Source: a virus
Taxonomy: Duplodnaviria > Heunggongvirae > Uroviricota > Caudoviricetes
IMG/VR virus record: IMGVR_UViG_3300027908_000001
Location: 23,167-87,166 of that record
DNA: 64,000 nucleotides
Strand: one strand, 5' to 3'
Shown: piece by piece, positions 17,401-25,318 of the stretch
How positions within the stretch are numbered: position 1 is the first letter of the stretch
How the letters are laid out: each line of letters opens with the position of its first letter
Program-made: the position numbers and the translations under genes
The notes under the pieces: model-generated
What the model saw: only the letters and a program-made list of their open reading frames with translations
What the model was told of the DNA's origin: nothing
Databases searched by the model: none

Positions 17401-17699
17401 TCCTCGTCCCAAATGTCTTTGCGGAGCAGCGACTTTTCCAGCATCTCCACCGTCGGCTCAATCAAGGCACCAGCCTTGGTGACGTTGGCCGCGTCCTGTA
17501 GTCCAAACACCTTCGAGGCGATGGTGCCTGCCTCATCGGGCGTGTACCCGAAACTGACGAGGTAATTCTTGCAGCCGTCGAACCCGGACTTGAACGTACC
17601 GTCCGGGTTCAGGAACTTCGCGCGCGCGCCTTCCAGCGACACCTTCGCAATCTTCTGCTCATCCGACAATATGAGGTTCTTGAACATGACCAATTCCAA
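14451..17699 (-). CDS. large zinc-ribbon-rich structural/internal protein (1082 aa)
   Basis: Track ORF (TTG at 17699; first ATG at 17687); four CxxC...CxxC zinc-ribbon pairs (CPSCADR, CPACGQ...CGSCGK, CKNCGAS...CPACGES, CPNCGGT...CSACGWE); three KAKDAxGHGSxxRG motifs; internal repeat (EQCMTTMIQDNGHDYGEASDICDKLGQDALWDDDD / MDDCMSSLVTDQSMDPYEAKDICAQLGQSADWDDTDD). Confidence 0.6.
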   Translation of the reverse strand: MELVMFKNLILSDEQKIAKVSLEGARAKFLNPDGTFKSGFDGCKNYLVSFGYTPDEAGTIASKVFGLQDAANVTKAGALIEPTVEMLEKSLLRKDIWDEDSDGAEPTDFENREQCMTTMIQDNGHDYGEASDICDKLGQDALWDDDDIFKNLDEHARAVLLQDAVNKARATEGIVLRVPIAIIAKICPSCADRMEKHNMKLLKIRVTDEDTALAKAIVQVSKEKDAKGHGSNKRGDRLGEKSEALSALAVTRGNIATEDTSRALSPRFDDRGAHAAAARSNEDAGKAYGQAALAARANNDPHHANFNSAEAAMHYSMGRIHRDAEAGKLDWNGYLDRVQSVNNDHYKAMEAQRAWAAPAIKEAAIQHHMASNELESDEFQTAHQKGEAMYNAERGIKKADGEHKTAQEREDDGGFFNYCVKEIAPMSGVSDPNALCAALHKKYLGRWPGADKSVEKAMRTEVANADGIVVAVVIHKSDGSRVTMGDVQIGKSISNCPACGQMPDKVQFQGDALKCGSCGKTSDMEEWDDDTGDTSGGGGGKATQPAAPTAPVQKAWKCKNCGASMSDAKVSGGAAVCPACGESNDEAYDMDSVDDDDVSKAKDALGHGSNKRGEESEEEKQSRMTVGTAITWAANRAPGTDAQIKALEGLRDSGMSVPKDIATINRAIKKLQSERIVIKVDQRPTEAERNQEIMERTKQEMEAVTPTHETAGQRVIGKTLKFMGALVGLTKASKPVVVRKDADASEFSSMDDCMSSLVTDQSMDPYEAKDICAQLGQSADWDDTDDFDFDLYKSRSGKPVAIGKALELTSAAHVAKAKDAVVVKSDDAESKYTEGGHFKGEAGTGERFDNAVKYMQAKGYSEDSAKRIAGSIAQHVGKTVSDSDAISAFVEKADDSHEVEKALELAKTFSGNTGAVNVSTGQADKVVCPNCGGTMDHTDNGVGGVFVCSACGWEAGDNLDNETTGPVDDSDPMAVIAAFAKAKDAGGHGSERRARAASALDALRNKYPVGTKVSVNDHDSYSGPATVIGHENNRLGMAMVSTDKGVYYAHETGPDNSVSKSGQKPAGLLGRMQNIVKSGGQV

Positions 17700-17792
17700 T
17701 TACCGCAACAACAGAATTACCACGACGATGACCAGCAATAGACCGGCCCCACCGCCGACATAAAACGCACTCGCTAATAGAGGTGCAAACAT
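17700..17792 (-). CDS. possible 30-aa hydrophobic peptide MFAPLLASAFYVGGGAGLLLVIVVVILLLR (below track length cutoff)
   Basis: Manual translation; ATG 17792..17790, TAA 17702..17700 abutting start of 1082-aa gene; single TM-like segment. Confidence 0.2.
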   Translation of the reverse strand: MFAPLLASAFYVGGGAGLLLVIVVVILLLR

Positions 17793-17807
17793 TGTATTCC
17801 GTTTCGT

Positions 17808-18392
17808 TTACTTGTTGACCGATTCGTGAACCGCTACCGGCACCGGCGATTGTGCGGCGACCGGCCTGAAAACTATACCTAATATCAATCCGATAATAGT
17901 GCAGACAACGCCCACTCCAGCAATCATGTAAGCGACTGTTGCGGATATACCTTCTCCTCGCCCCTTGGTAAGCGTGCGAGAATCTTTCAGGTCGGCAATT
18001 GAGTCCAGTGAAGCCTTGTTGTTCTGCTCGATGCGCGCCGTAAGATTGGCCTCGACGGCATCGATTTTTTCTTCCATCGACTTATGCTGGACGGTATATT
18101 CATTGCGAGGCAAAAATGTGGATGTCTGGTCCGACAACTGCGCCCGAAACTCATTCACTGCATCGAACCTTTTTTCAGTAGCGGTATCGGCCTTGGCGAT
18201 GGCCTTTTCGGCGTTGGCGAAAGCCTGTTCGCTTAGTGATTTCTGTGCGGTCAACGCCAATTCCACGGATTTGGTGGATTGAACGGAGCGCTCTTCGTAT
18301 CGGCGGTCGCGTTCGTCCATAAGTCTTTCAAAGCCATCGATTCTGGCAATCAAAACCCCTGTGGACATTTCCGAATTTTCTTTCTCGCTCAT
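17808..18392 (-). CDS. coiled-coil protein with C-terminal transmembrane anchor (194 aa)
   Basis: Track ORF; long heptad-like region then hydrophobic tail VAYMIAGVGVVCTIIGLILGIVF. Confidence 0.4.
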   Translation of the reverse strand: MSEKENSEMSTGVLIARIDGFERLMDERDRRYEERSVQSTKSVELALTAQKSLSEQAFANAEKAIAKADTATEKRFDAVNEFRAQLSDQTSTFLPRNEYTVQHKSMEEKIDAVEANLTARIEQNNKASLDSIADLKDSRTLTKGRGEGISATVAYMIAGVGVVCTIIGLILGIVFRPVAAQSPVPVAVHESVNK

Positions 18393-18394
18393 TT

Positions 18395-18874
18395 CTAAGC
18401 CTTAACCTCGGAAGGACCGGGCAAAAGAACTGGACCATCTGCTTTGCGAATCTTGTGCGCAGCAAAAATTTCGTTGAGGTGCGCTACATCCAGCGGCTTC
18501 ATGAGTAGCCCGAAATATCCAACCTTGGCGGCCTTGTTCAGGCATTCGCTATCCGGGCTGTCGGCGATTAGTATCACCGGCACGCCAGCCAGTTTCACCT
18601 TTAGGAATCGAAGCGTCTCGACAATATCTATATCGGTCACGTTCAAGTCCAGAAACAACAGGCTTATTAGCCTATCCCGACCAGCCGATGTTTCAGTGTC
18701 AATTATTGTCCTGAACATCTCCCCCGTTGTGGCCGATAGGACGTTACAGCCATATTGATTCAAGACATTGGCTATCAGGACCAGCGTTTCTGTTTCGCTC
18801 TCGACCACTAGCACTCGCGGTGTCTTATTCATCGCAATAACGGCTTCATCCACGAATTCAAGCACTCGGTTCAT
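18395..18874 (-). CDS. standalone response-regulator receiver (REC/CheY-like) domain protein (~159 aa; track ORF 18395..19009 trimmed to Met MNRVLEF)
   Basis: PRVLVVESE...LNQYGCNVLSATTGEMF...ISLLFLDLNVTDIDIVETLRFLK...VPVILIADSPDSECLNKAAKVGYFGLLMKPL: acidic pocket, phospho-acceptor Asp in LFLDLN, conserved T/K positions; no output domain. Confidence 0.5.
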   Translation of the reverse strand: MNRVLEFVDEAVIAMNKTPRVLVVESETETLVLIANVLNQYGCNVLSATTGEMFRTIIDTETSAGRDRLISLLFLDLNVTDIDIVETLRFLKVKLAGVPVILIADSPDSECLNKAAKVGYFGLLMKPLDVAHLNEIFAAHKIRKADGPVLLPGPSEVKA

Positions 18875-18881
18875 AGAGGCG

Positions 18882-19250
18882 TCACCGATGGAGAAATCCT
18901 CCCGCCAATATCGCCAGTATTGCCGCCATGATAACACCTCCGGCCCATGCCGCAACGGCCCATCCTCCTGTAAAGAAAGTCCGTTGCCGTTTGAACTCTT
19001 CCACGTCATTGCTCATCGCAAACTGCTCGGCCAATGAGCGGCGCGCCTCGTGGTTCAGACGTATCACCACCTGAATGAACCAGTCCTGTTTCTGTCCGGC
19101 AATGTCCACGGCCTGAATCATGTACCGCTCGGATTCTGTGGCCGATGCCAGCAAGTGTTTGGGCACACGACAATCGAAGCGCGGCGTTTGCGTTATCTCC
19201 GGCAGCCGCGCGTCCAGTTCGTTCCGTTGGTCCTGTGTCAGCTCACCCAT
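18882..19250 (-). CDS. tail-anchored membrane protein (122 aa)
   Basis: Track ORF; C-terminal WAVAAWAGGVIMAAILAILAGGFL hydrophobic segment. Confidence 0.35.
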   Translation of the reverse strand: MGELTQDQRNELDARLPEITQTPRFDCRVPKHLLASATESERYMIQAVDIAGQKQDWFIQVVIRLNHEARRSLAEQFAMSNDVEEFKRQRTFFTGGWAVAAWAGGVIMAAILAILAGGFLHR

Positions 19251-19280
19251 GTCGATGTCCCCGTTATCGTTTGTGAATTG

Positions 19281-19562
19281 TTAATGATGACTGGCCGTGA
19301 CTGGCACCAGTTCGGGCTTGTCCTCAAACGTTCGGCGTAAAAACTGCCACCATTTCGGACGGGTCCAACCTTTGGCCTTGGCCTTCTCGATAAGCTCGGC
19401 CCTTGCTGATGCCTCACTCACACATCCGGACACCTCCGCCAATTCCCAAATACCATCCCGGGAGTTCCACCATTGCAATCTGGCGCTATACGCCGTGAGC
19501 AATGGTGCCACCACCGCTGCCGGATGTAGTTTGGTTTTTACAGGATGCCGATGGTGTACCAT
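19281..19562 (-). CDS. hypothetical protein (93 aa)
   Basis: Track ORF, same strand, tight spacing. Confidence 0.25.
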   Translation of the reverse strand: MVHHRHPVKTKLHPAAVVAPLLTAYSARLQWWNSRDGIWELAEVSGCVSEASARAELIEKAKAKGWTRPKWWQFLRRTFEDKPELVPVTASHH

Positions 19563-19744
19563 TTTACTTGCCTTCGCCGCTCTGTCCGTGCGAAATCCCT
19601 AGATTAACCCCGCCCTGACCCGCATTGAAATGCAGACCGATACCGCAAATCCAGCAGAGCGCCACGACGACGATTACCGCGAGGATGATTTGTACGATTC
19701 TGTTCTGGAATATGTTATGCCACATAATGCTCGATACCTTTCGT

Positions 19745-20458
19745 TTACCGCTTTTTTCGACCGTGACCGAACTCGAACCCGCGGTTCAGCGCCTTGCCGA
19801 TGTCGTCGGAGGCATTATCGGAAATTGTGCTCATGGCATACTGGCGCTCGCCCGGTGCCATCTTGGACCATTGCTCTTGGGCGTCAGCTTGGGCCATCTT
19901 GGAATCCACCATGCGGCCTGCCTTGGCGTGGGCCTTGGCTTCCTGCATTTTGGATACGTAGGCATCGGACCGCGCCGACTTGCTGCCCGGCACTTTCTGG
20001 TTGCCGTGGAACCAGCCTTTGCCAGCCTTGCCGATGCGCTCACCGATGGTGCCTAGCATGCGGAGGTTCGGTGAGAATGTTTTTCCAATCTTTCCACCGG
20101 CATTGCGAACATCGGCGTTGGCCTGCGCCGCTTCCTTGCTGGCGAATACCTGACCGGTAGAACCATCCTCGTGCTTTACCGTATGACGTTCGTCGTCAGG
20201 GTCGTCGGTGAGCTTTGATGGACTCCATGGGCCTTTCTCGCCGCGCGCTTCCTTGGCTGCGTCATCCTGTCGGCTGTCATAGTGCCAGTGGTCGGAGCCG
20301 CCGGACTCGGACGATGCTGTCATGCCTCGTTTTTCACTCCCGTGTCCCTTGGCATCCTTCGCCTTCGCTACGGTAGATTGGTGGACCTGCTGCAATACAG
20401 AGAGTTTTTGAAAGATGGTTGCCATAGGTAGTGCGCTCGTCGTTGTGTGCTCTACCAT
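19745..20458 (-). CDS. basic, low-complexity protein (237 aa) with AKAKDAKGHGSEKRG motif
   Basis: Track ORF; shares KAKDAxGHGSxxRG motif with two other window proteins; Lys/Ala/Gly-rich. Confidence 0.4.
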   Translation of the reverse strand: MVEHTTTSALPMATIFQKLSVLQQVHQSTVAKAKDAKGHGSEKRGMTASSESGGSDHWHYDSRQDDAAKEARGEKGPWSPSKLTDDPDDERHTVKHEDGSTGQVFASKEAAQANADVRNAGGKIGKTFSPNLRMLGTIGERIGKAGKGWFHGNQKVPGSKSARSDAYVSKMQEAKAHAKAGRMVDSKMAQADAQEQWSKMAPGERQYAMSTISDNASDDIGKALNRGFEFGHGRKKR

Positions 20459-20491
20459 TCGCCGAGAAGGGTCAACGCGGCGTGGACGGCG

Positions 20492-20959
20492 TTACTTGGA
20501 CTCTGGCCAGATGAGGACTTCCGGATGTTTCGGGTTGGTCCAACGGCATTGAAAGGTGCGGCGCACGTCCACTACCCGGACTTTTACGCCGAGGTCATCG
20601 AGGTGACCGGCAAGCGAATGACAGTCATTGACAGCAAGCTCGTATTTCCCGGACATCTCTGCGCGCTGCAGGCTCTTGCCGGTAGGACGGTAGGCGCTGA
20701 AGCTGGGATTACCCGACCAATATCGCAACCGCCTCTTGGCGCAGGCCAGACGGCGCTTGAAGTAGGCAATCTGGTCGGCTTTACTGGTTCCGGGCTTGAA
20801 GAACCCGCTCATCTCAACCCAAATCGGTCGAGTACATCGGGCGGAAGTATTCCACGCGCTATGTCGTGACCGACGTTGCTCAAGAACTGGCCGTAAACAC
20901 CACGGCTGCGGCGATGACATCGAGACACCCGAAGCGCCCATCGCCAGTCTTGTTGCCAT
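20492..20959 (-). CDS. hypothetical protein (155 aa)
   Basis: Track ORF. Confidence 0.3.
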   Translation of the reverse strand: MATRLAMGASGVSMSSPQPWCLRPVLEQRRSRHSAWNTSARCTRPIWVEMSGFFKPGTSKADQIAYFKRRLACAKRRLRYWSGNPSFSAYRPTGKSLQRAEMSGKYELAVNDCHSLAGHLDDLGVKVRVVDVRRTFQCRWTNPKHPEVLIWPESK

Positions 20960-20981
20960 GCAAGGAATTGACGTAGGTATT

Positions 20982-21350
20982 TCATGCCGGTTGCCTCGTC
21001 CTTGCCTTGAGCCACTCGATGAATGTCAAGCCACTGTCGGCATCCAGATAATCCCGGTATCGCTGCGCGCCCCGGCTCAGCTTCGGTGGTGGCGGACTCT
21101 GCATCCGCACTTCATCCATACCGTGGGTTGTCACGTTGAAAGCATGCATGCCGCCGTAGCAAGGTTTGGCTCCGTAATCGTTCATCAACCCGAGGGCGAC
21201 CAGCGCCTGACAATCGGCGAAGTCTTTGGATTCAGGTCCAGTAACGAAATGGTTGCGGTACTGATTACCCTGACCGTACTCGTCTACTCCCAGACCATGC
21301 TGGAGGATGTGGAGTTGGGATGGTGTGAGATTCAATAGGGCCTCCCGCAT
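20982..21350 (-). CDS. hypothetical protein (122 aa)
   Basis: Track ORF. Confidence 0.3.
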   Translation of the reverse strand: MREALLNLTPSQLHILQHGLGVDEYGQGNQYRNHFVTGPESKDFADCQALVALGLMNDYGAKPCYGGMHAFNVTTHGMDEVRMQSPPPPKLSRGAQRYRDYLDADSGLTFIEWLKARTRQPA

Positions 21351-21482
21351 GTTCTACAGGTCGCGTGACGTTTCCGTAAATACGACTCTATGCGCTGAAT
21401 CATTCGGTTACCACGATTCATTTCGCGCTCAATTTGGTCGGACAGTTCCCGAAGCCGCAGCGACAATGCCTTGTCAATCTCT

Positions 21483-21884
21483 TTAGTAAAGGTTCTCACT
21501 GTAAAGCCTCTTTTCGTCACCGCCGCATCTGCGTCGGATTTGACCGGCGGCCTTCGCGACTTCCAACGCTTCTTCGCGCGTCATGAATACCCCGCGCTGG
21601 TCGATGAATCCCTGCGTAGCTCCAATCCAGTCCACCGTGCCGCCGTTGAGCTTGACTTGGTCGCGCATTACGTCATCGAAGTGGCGAGCGCCGCATACTC
21701 GTAGTCCATCCGTTCGGCGCAATGCCGCACAGACCACGCGCCTATCCATCCCCGTCGTTTCCTTCCTTGCGCCCGCAGGCCAAGCTTCGATGATTGGGGC
21801 CGGACACTTACACAACGCCAAGTCGCTCTTGGTGTATTCCGGTGCATGCAATCCCCCGCATGTGTGGCAGATGTTGTAGCTCAT
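21483..21884 (-). CDS. hypothetical Cys-containing protein (133 aa)
   Basis: Track ORF; N-terminal CxxC...CKC. Confidence 0.3.
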   Translation of the reverse strand: MSYNICHTCGGLHAPEYTKSDLALCKCPAPIIEAWPAGARKETTGMDRRVVCAALRRTDGLRVCGARHFDDVMRDQVKLNGGTVDWIGATQGFIDQRGVFMTREEALEVAKAAGQIRRRCGGDEKRLYSENLY

Positions 21885-22129
21885 TCCATTTCTGGTCCAA
21901 TCAATTGGAGGGTAACTTTCGGCTCGTAATATTCACTCAACCAAAAATGATGACCACATGGTAAGTGAATGCTCACGTTTCTGTGACCAGTGGCAGACCG
22001 TTTAATCCTCACCACATCCCCCGCCTCCAATGTATAGCCAGTGCCGCAAAGCTGACAGGCGATGCCCTTGCCGACCCACGCCGCCGTCTGGTCGTTCTTC
22101 ACCATTTCCGTTTTCCTCGAATCTTCCAA
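21881..22129 (-). CDS. hypothetical protein (82 aa)
   Basis: Track ORF; start overlaps stop of upstream gene. Confidence 0.25.
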   Translation of the reverse strand: MEDSRKTEMVKNDQTAAWVGKGIACQLCGTGYTLEAGDVVRIKRSATGHRNVSIHLPCGHHFWLSEYYEPKVTLQLIGPEME

Positions 22130-22358
22130 GGATGAATCTGCTCGGATGGCGGCTCTTTCTTCTTGAGATAGTTGAACGTGACCGGGTTTGGCAGTAAATC
22201 CGAAAAGAGCAGTGGCTTGGGCTTGGGTTCTGCCTCAAGGATAACCAAAGCTCGCATCGTTTCCGATTCAAGCAGTATCCGGGCCAGTGCGTTGCGGTCG
22301 GTATGCCCGTCAACAACAATGACGGTGACATCCGGGGGCAATCTTGAAAAGTCGCCGG

Positions 22359-22619
22359 TCACCGACTGGCCCTCTTACCTATCTCCACTTCGGAACCCGT
22401 CCCGCCGAACGCCATAAACCACGCAAAAACGACCAGCACGGGATTGGTGTGCCAGTAAATCGTAGTGGCGATGATGGCCACAAGTAAGTGTGGGCAGAAA
22501 ATCCAGCCCAGCCAACTCCACAGGCCGAACGAGAGCGTTGTGAAAAATAGGAGCGTGACTCTCGGAAAGCACGCCATACCAAACAGGAAAAGCCAACCAT
22601 GATTTTGCCAGTAGTTCAT
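22359..22619 (-). CDS. small integral membrane protein (86 aa, 2-3 TM)
   Basis: Track ORF; WLFLFGMACFPRVTLLFFTTLSFGLWSWLGWIF...LLVAIIATTIYW...VLVVFAWFMAFGG. Confidence 0.35.
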   Translation of the reverse strand: MNYWQNHGWLFLFGMACFPRVTLLFFTTLSFGLWSWLGWIFCPHLLVAIIATTIYWHTNPVLVVFAWFMAFGGTGSEVEIGKRASR

Positions 22620-23041
22620 ATTCCGACCATACGCGATTCAAGTTAGGCCGTCAAGTGATTTCTATTGTGTCGCCTATTTGTATGACCTTATGGGCGAACC
22701 CGCGCATTACAAGTAACGGCTGGCGCTTGTTCCGGTGCGTCTCACACGGGACGCGGCAGACAAGATTCTTACATGGCATGCATTTCGCCATGAAATGCAG
22801 GGTCATCAGCTTGGTGCGTTTGTTGTAATGAAAAAAGAATCGCCTCATGACTTGATACCGACAATCTTGCCGATGCACCGACCGTGTTGCGTGAAGTGGA
22901 TTTCATCGGGCGGCATTTCCTCGTGGACGATGAACTTGAATCCGAGCAAATGAAATACCGCCTTGACCTTCTCGGCCTCGGCGTAGTTCGGTGCTTTAAC
23001 AGTAACGCCTCGCAATGGCCAGAAGGTTTTAGCGGGAACAC

Positions 23042-23938
23042 TCATGCCGTGATTTCTTCGTAAGCGCCAACCAGAACCTTGCTGTCCCAGAACATCCGTC
23101 CGCCGTTGGCAATGAGTTCGGGCTTCCAGTTACCCAAAATCGGTGAAATATGGGTTTCTCGGAATCGCTTCATATCTTCCGCCGCCTGCCTGCGCCCCTC
23201 TCGCGTCAATCCGCCTTCTTTCCTGTGCATGAGCGCATACTGCGTCGGCACTCCGTAATGGTCGAATCGGAAGCGTGGGTCGGTGACGAAAAAATTCGAT
23301 ATGCATCCCATGAGCCGCATCCCGAGGCGGGCGTCCTGAGCCCGGTAATCACTGAGTTCATGGTTGTGGCCACCTAACTCGCGTAACATTTTTCTCGGGG
23401 CCGCCCATATCGCCCCGTAAGCCAGCAACGGTGTCTTGGGCATCCGATACACTCCGGGCTCTGCAGGAAAATAGTCCAAGCGAGGGTCACGATGGAGCTT
23501 CACGCCGGTCTGTTCGTCGTAGAAATCGATTTGGCCCCACAACACTCTCTGCGGTGTTTCGGTAATGCGCTGCTCAATCACCAACTCGACCATGCCGGTG
23601 TCAGGAACTCCGTCTGCGTCCAGATGAATCAGGATGCTGCCAATCGCTTCCTTGAAAAGCACGTTCTCGGCCCAGCCCGGACCTCCGCCTTCGAGTGTCC
23701 TTGGTGTCAATCGACGGAACACGCTCGCTGAGAACGGCCAGTCATGCCCGAGCAATTCTTTCTTCAAAACCTCGACTGTGTCGTCCGTTGATGCATCGTC
23801 GACTACTAGGACTTCAAGCGGAGGGATGGTCTGGCAGGCGAGGGCCTCAAGTAGCTTGCCATCTCGCCAGTGTTCGGCGTCGTTAAAACTTGGTATGATT
23901 ACACTGACTGTCACGCCTTCCCCCGCATCTTGCCCCAT
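23042..23938 (-). CDS. glycosyltransferase family 2
   Basis: VSVIIPSFNDAE...LEALACQTIPPLEVLVVDDASTDDT: classic GT2 N-terminal signature. Confidence 0.6.
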   Translation of the reverse strand: MGQDAGEGVTVSVIIPSFNDAEHWRDGKLLEALACQTIPPLEVLVVDDASTDDTVEVLKKELLGHDWPFSASVFRRLTPRTLEGGGPGWAENVLFKEAIGSILIHLDADGVPDTGMVELVIEQRITETPQRVLWGQIDFYDEQTGVKLHRDPRLDYFPAEPGVYRMPKTPLLAYGAIWAAPRKMLRELGGHNHELSDYRAQDARLGMRLMGCISNFFVTDPRFRFDHYGVPTQYALMHRKEGGLTREGRRQAAEDMKRFRETHISPILGNWKPELIANGGRMFWDSKVLVGAYEEITA

Positions 23939-24137
23939 GGCGGGTCATCCACGACTCGTTGCAGTGAATCCATGTAATGGCCAGCCGCTAGGCCATCTAT
24001 CTCACCCCCGCACTTGGTACAAGCAATGTTGGCCCCGCCGTCCGCTGCCTCGAAGTTGTGCGGGAACTTGCAGTCACCGAGTCGGCGCTTGTTGGCATCG
24101 TCGTGTACGGCCTTGGCGGATTCACCGGCGAGCGCGC

Positions 24138-24512
24138 TCATGGTTCCACCGGCTTCGGCACCGGCCGATAATCTGCCATCTTGCGAAAGGCGATTTCTTT
24201 AGCCACGGCCACAGCCTCGCGCATCTGCTGAAACCAGCAGGGGTTAATATTGCCGAAGTTGGCGTTCCCATTGGTAAGCAGTTCTTTACTGGCTGGTTCC
24301 TGCCATGGAGGCATGTCAATCACAGCGGCCTGCAATTTTCCGGCGTCTCTCTTTGCACGCTCGATAGCGCGCTGGTATTCGTCCAGCTTATCGACAGCGG
24401 CGGCACCGAGCAGCATCCAGTCCTCGCTGTTGCCGAGTATGCCGTGACGGCGCAAGCCTTCGCGCACCTGTTCCTTGGTCACTTCAAAGCTCATTCTTCC
24501 ACCTCTCGCCAC
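24138..24512 (-). CDS. hypothetical protein (124 aa)
   Basis: Track ORF. Confidence 0.3.
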   Translation of the reverse strand: MARGGRMSFEVTKEQVREGLRRHGILGNSEDWMLLGAAAVDKLDEYQRAIERAKRDAGKLQAAVIDMPPWQEPASKELLTNGNANFGNINPCWFQQMREAVAVAKEIAFRKMADYRPVPKPVEP

Positions 24513-24832
24513 TTACAGTCGGCACCTTCGTCCGGGGAATGGTCATCAAAAATGTTTGGGTCTTTGGGTCGCCCAGCTTTCAGCCAAGCATTCATGTAGT
24601 CCCTGTGCCACTCGGCTTCCTGAATATCGCCATACATTTTTCCTTTGTGCCTGATTTTATCCACAATCAACCATCCCTTGCGAAGCTCCAGCGTGTACTT
24701 GCCGTCGTCACACTCAATAATCACGTAGTGCGAATTGTGGTTTCTGGTCGTTACAAGTGTAATTTGCAATGCCAACAAAATCCAAACGAACGTCATTAAA
24801 ATCCTGTGTGTCATGTTATGCCTCTCCGTCAA
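24491..24832 (-). CDS. N-terminally membrane-anchored hypothetical protein (113 aa)
   Basis: Track ORF; ILMTFVWILLALQITLVTT. Confidence 0.3.
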   Translation of the reverse strand: MTERHNMTHRILMTFVWILLALQITLVTTRNHNSHYVIIECDDGKYTLELRKGWLIVDKIRHKGKMYGDIQEAEWHRDYMNAWLKAGRPKDPNIFDDHSPDEGADCKWREVEE

Positions 24833-25139
24833 TCAGCTTCTTGGCCTTCTCTTGAATGTCCACAATCACCTCGCCCCGGTTCGGCTGGCAGTGGCCGATG
24901 GACCGGAGTTGGTTGGCGATGTTGTCCAGCCACACTCCGATTCGCCTGCGCTCGGTATTGACCGCCGCCTTCACTTCGTCTGGTATGATGTCCGGCGGAG
25001 CTACCTTTATACCGCCGCCCTTATTGCAGAAACACCGGCAGCGCGTTCCACCGTATACACCCGTCGGCGCTGGATGTCCTTTTTCGCAGCGGTCATGGTC
25101 GCCAAGCTCGCATCGCATGCATGTGTAGAGATAGACCAT
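24816..25139 (-). CDS. Cys-rich hypothetical protein (~107 aa; trimmed from 24816..25175)
   Basis: CMRCELGDHDRCEKGH...CRCFC; ATG overlaps TAA of upstream small gene (TAATG). Confidence 0.3.
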   Translation of the reverse strand: MVYLYTCMRCELGDHDRCEKGHPAPTGVYGGTRCRCFCNKGGGIKVAPPDIIPDEVKAAVNTERRRIGVWLDNIANQLRSIGHCQPNRGEVIVDIQEKAKKLIDGEA

Positions 25140-25318
25140 TAGTGTAACAGTAAAAAGGTTCCAAATCCGACACACGCCGCAACGATTGCCGTGACAAAAA
25201 TCGCGAATGCAAAAACCTTGGCGGCCCGAATGAACCCAAACCAGCCCGCGGTATAAATAAAAATTCCCAAGAACGGAATTCCAAGCAACAAGATGCCAGC
25301 GATGTGTTGCATCATCAT
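25139..25318 (-). CDS. small 2-TM membrane protein (59 aa; below track cutoff)
   Basis: Manual translation MMMQHIAGILLLGIPFLGIFIYTAGWFGFIRAAKVFAFAIFVTAIVAACVGFGTFLLLH; ATG overlaps TGA of upstream gene (ATGA). Confidence 0.3.
   Translation of the reverse strand: MMMQHIAGILLLGIPFLGIFIYTAGWFGFIRAAKVFAFAIFVTAIVAACVGFGTFLLLH

Noticed and set aside
13180-17699. Treating the TTG/GTG codons reported by the ORF track (17699, 13180, 10838) as true start codons
   Set aside because: The track evidently accepts alternative starts and reports the longest frame; downstream ATGs (e.g. 17687, 10853) are equally plausible, so 5' ends are approximate.
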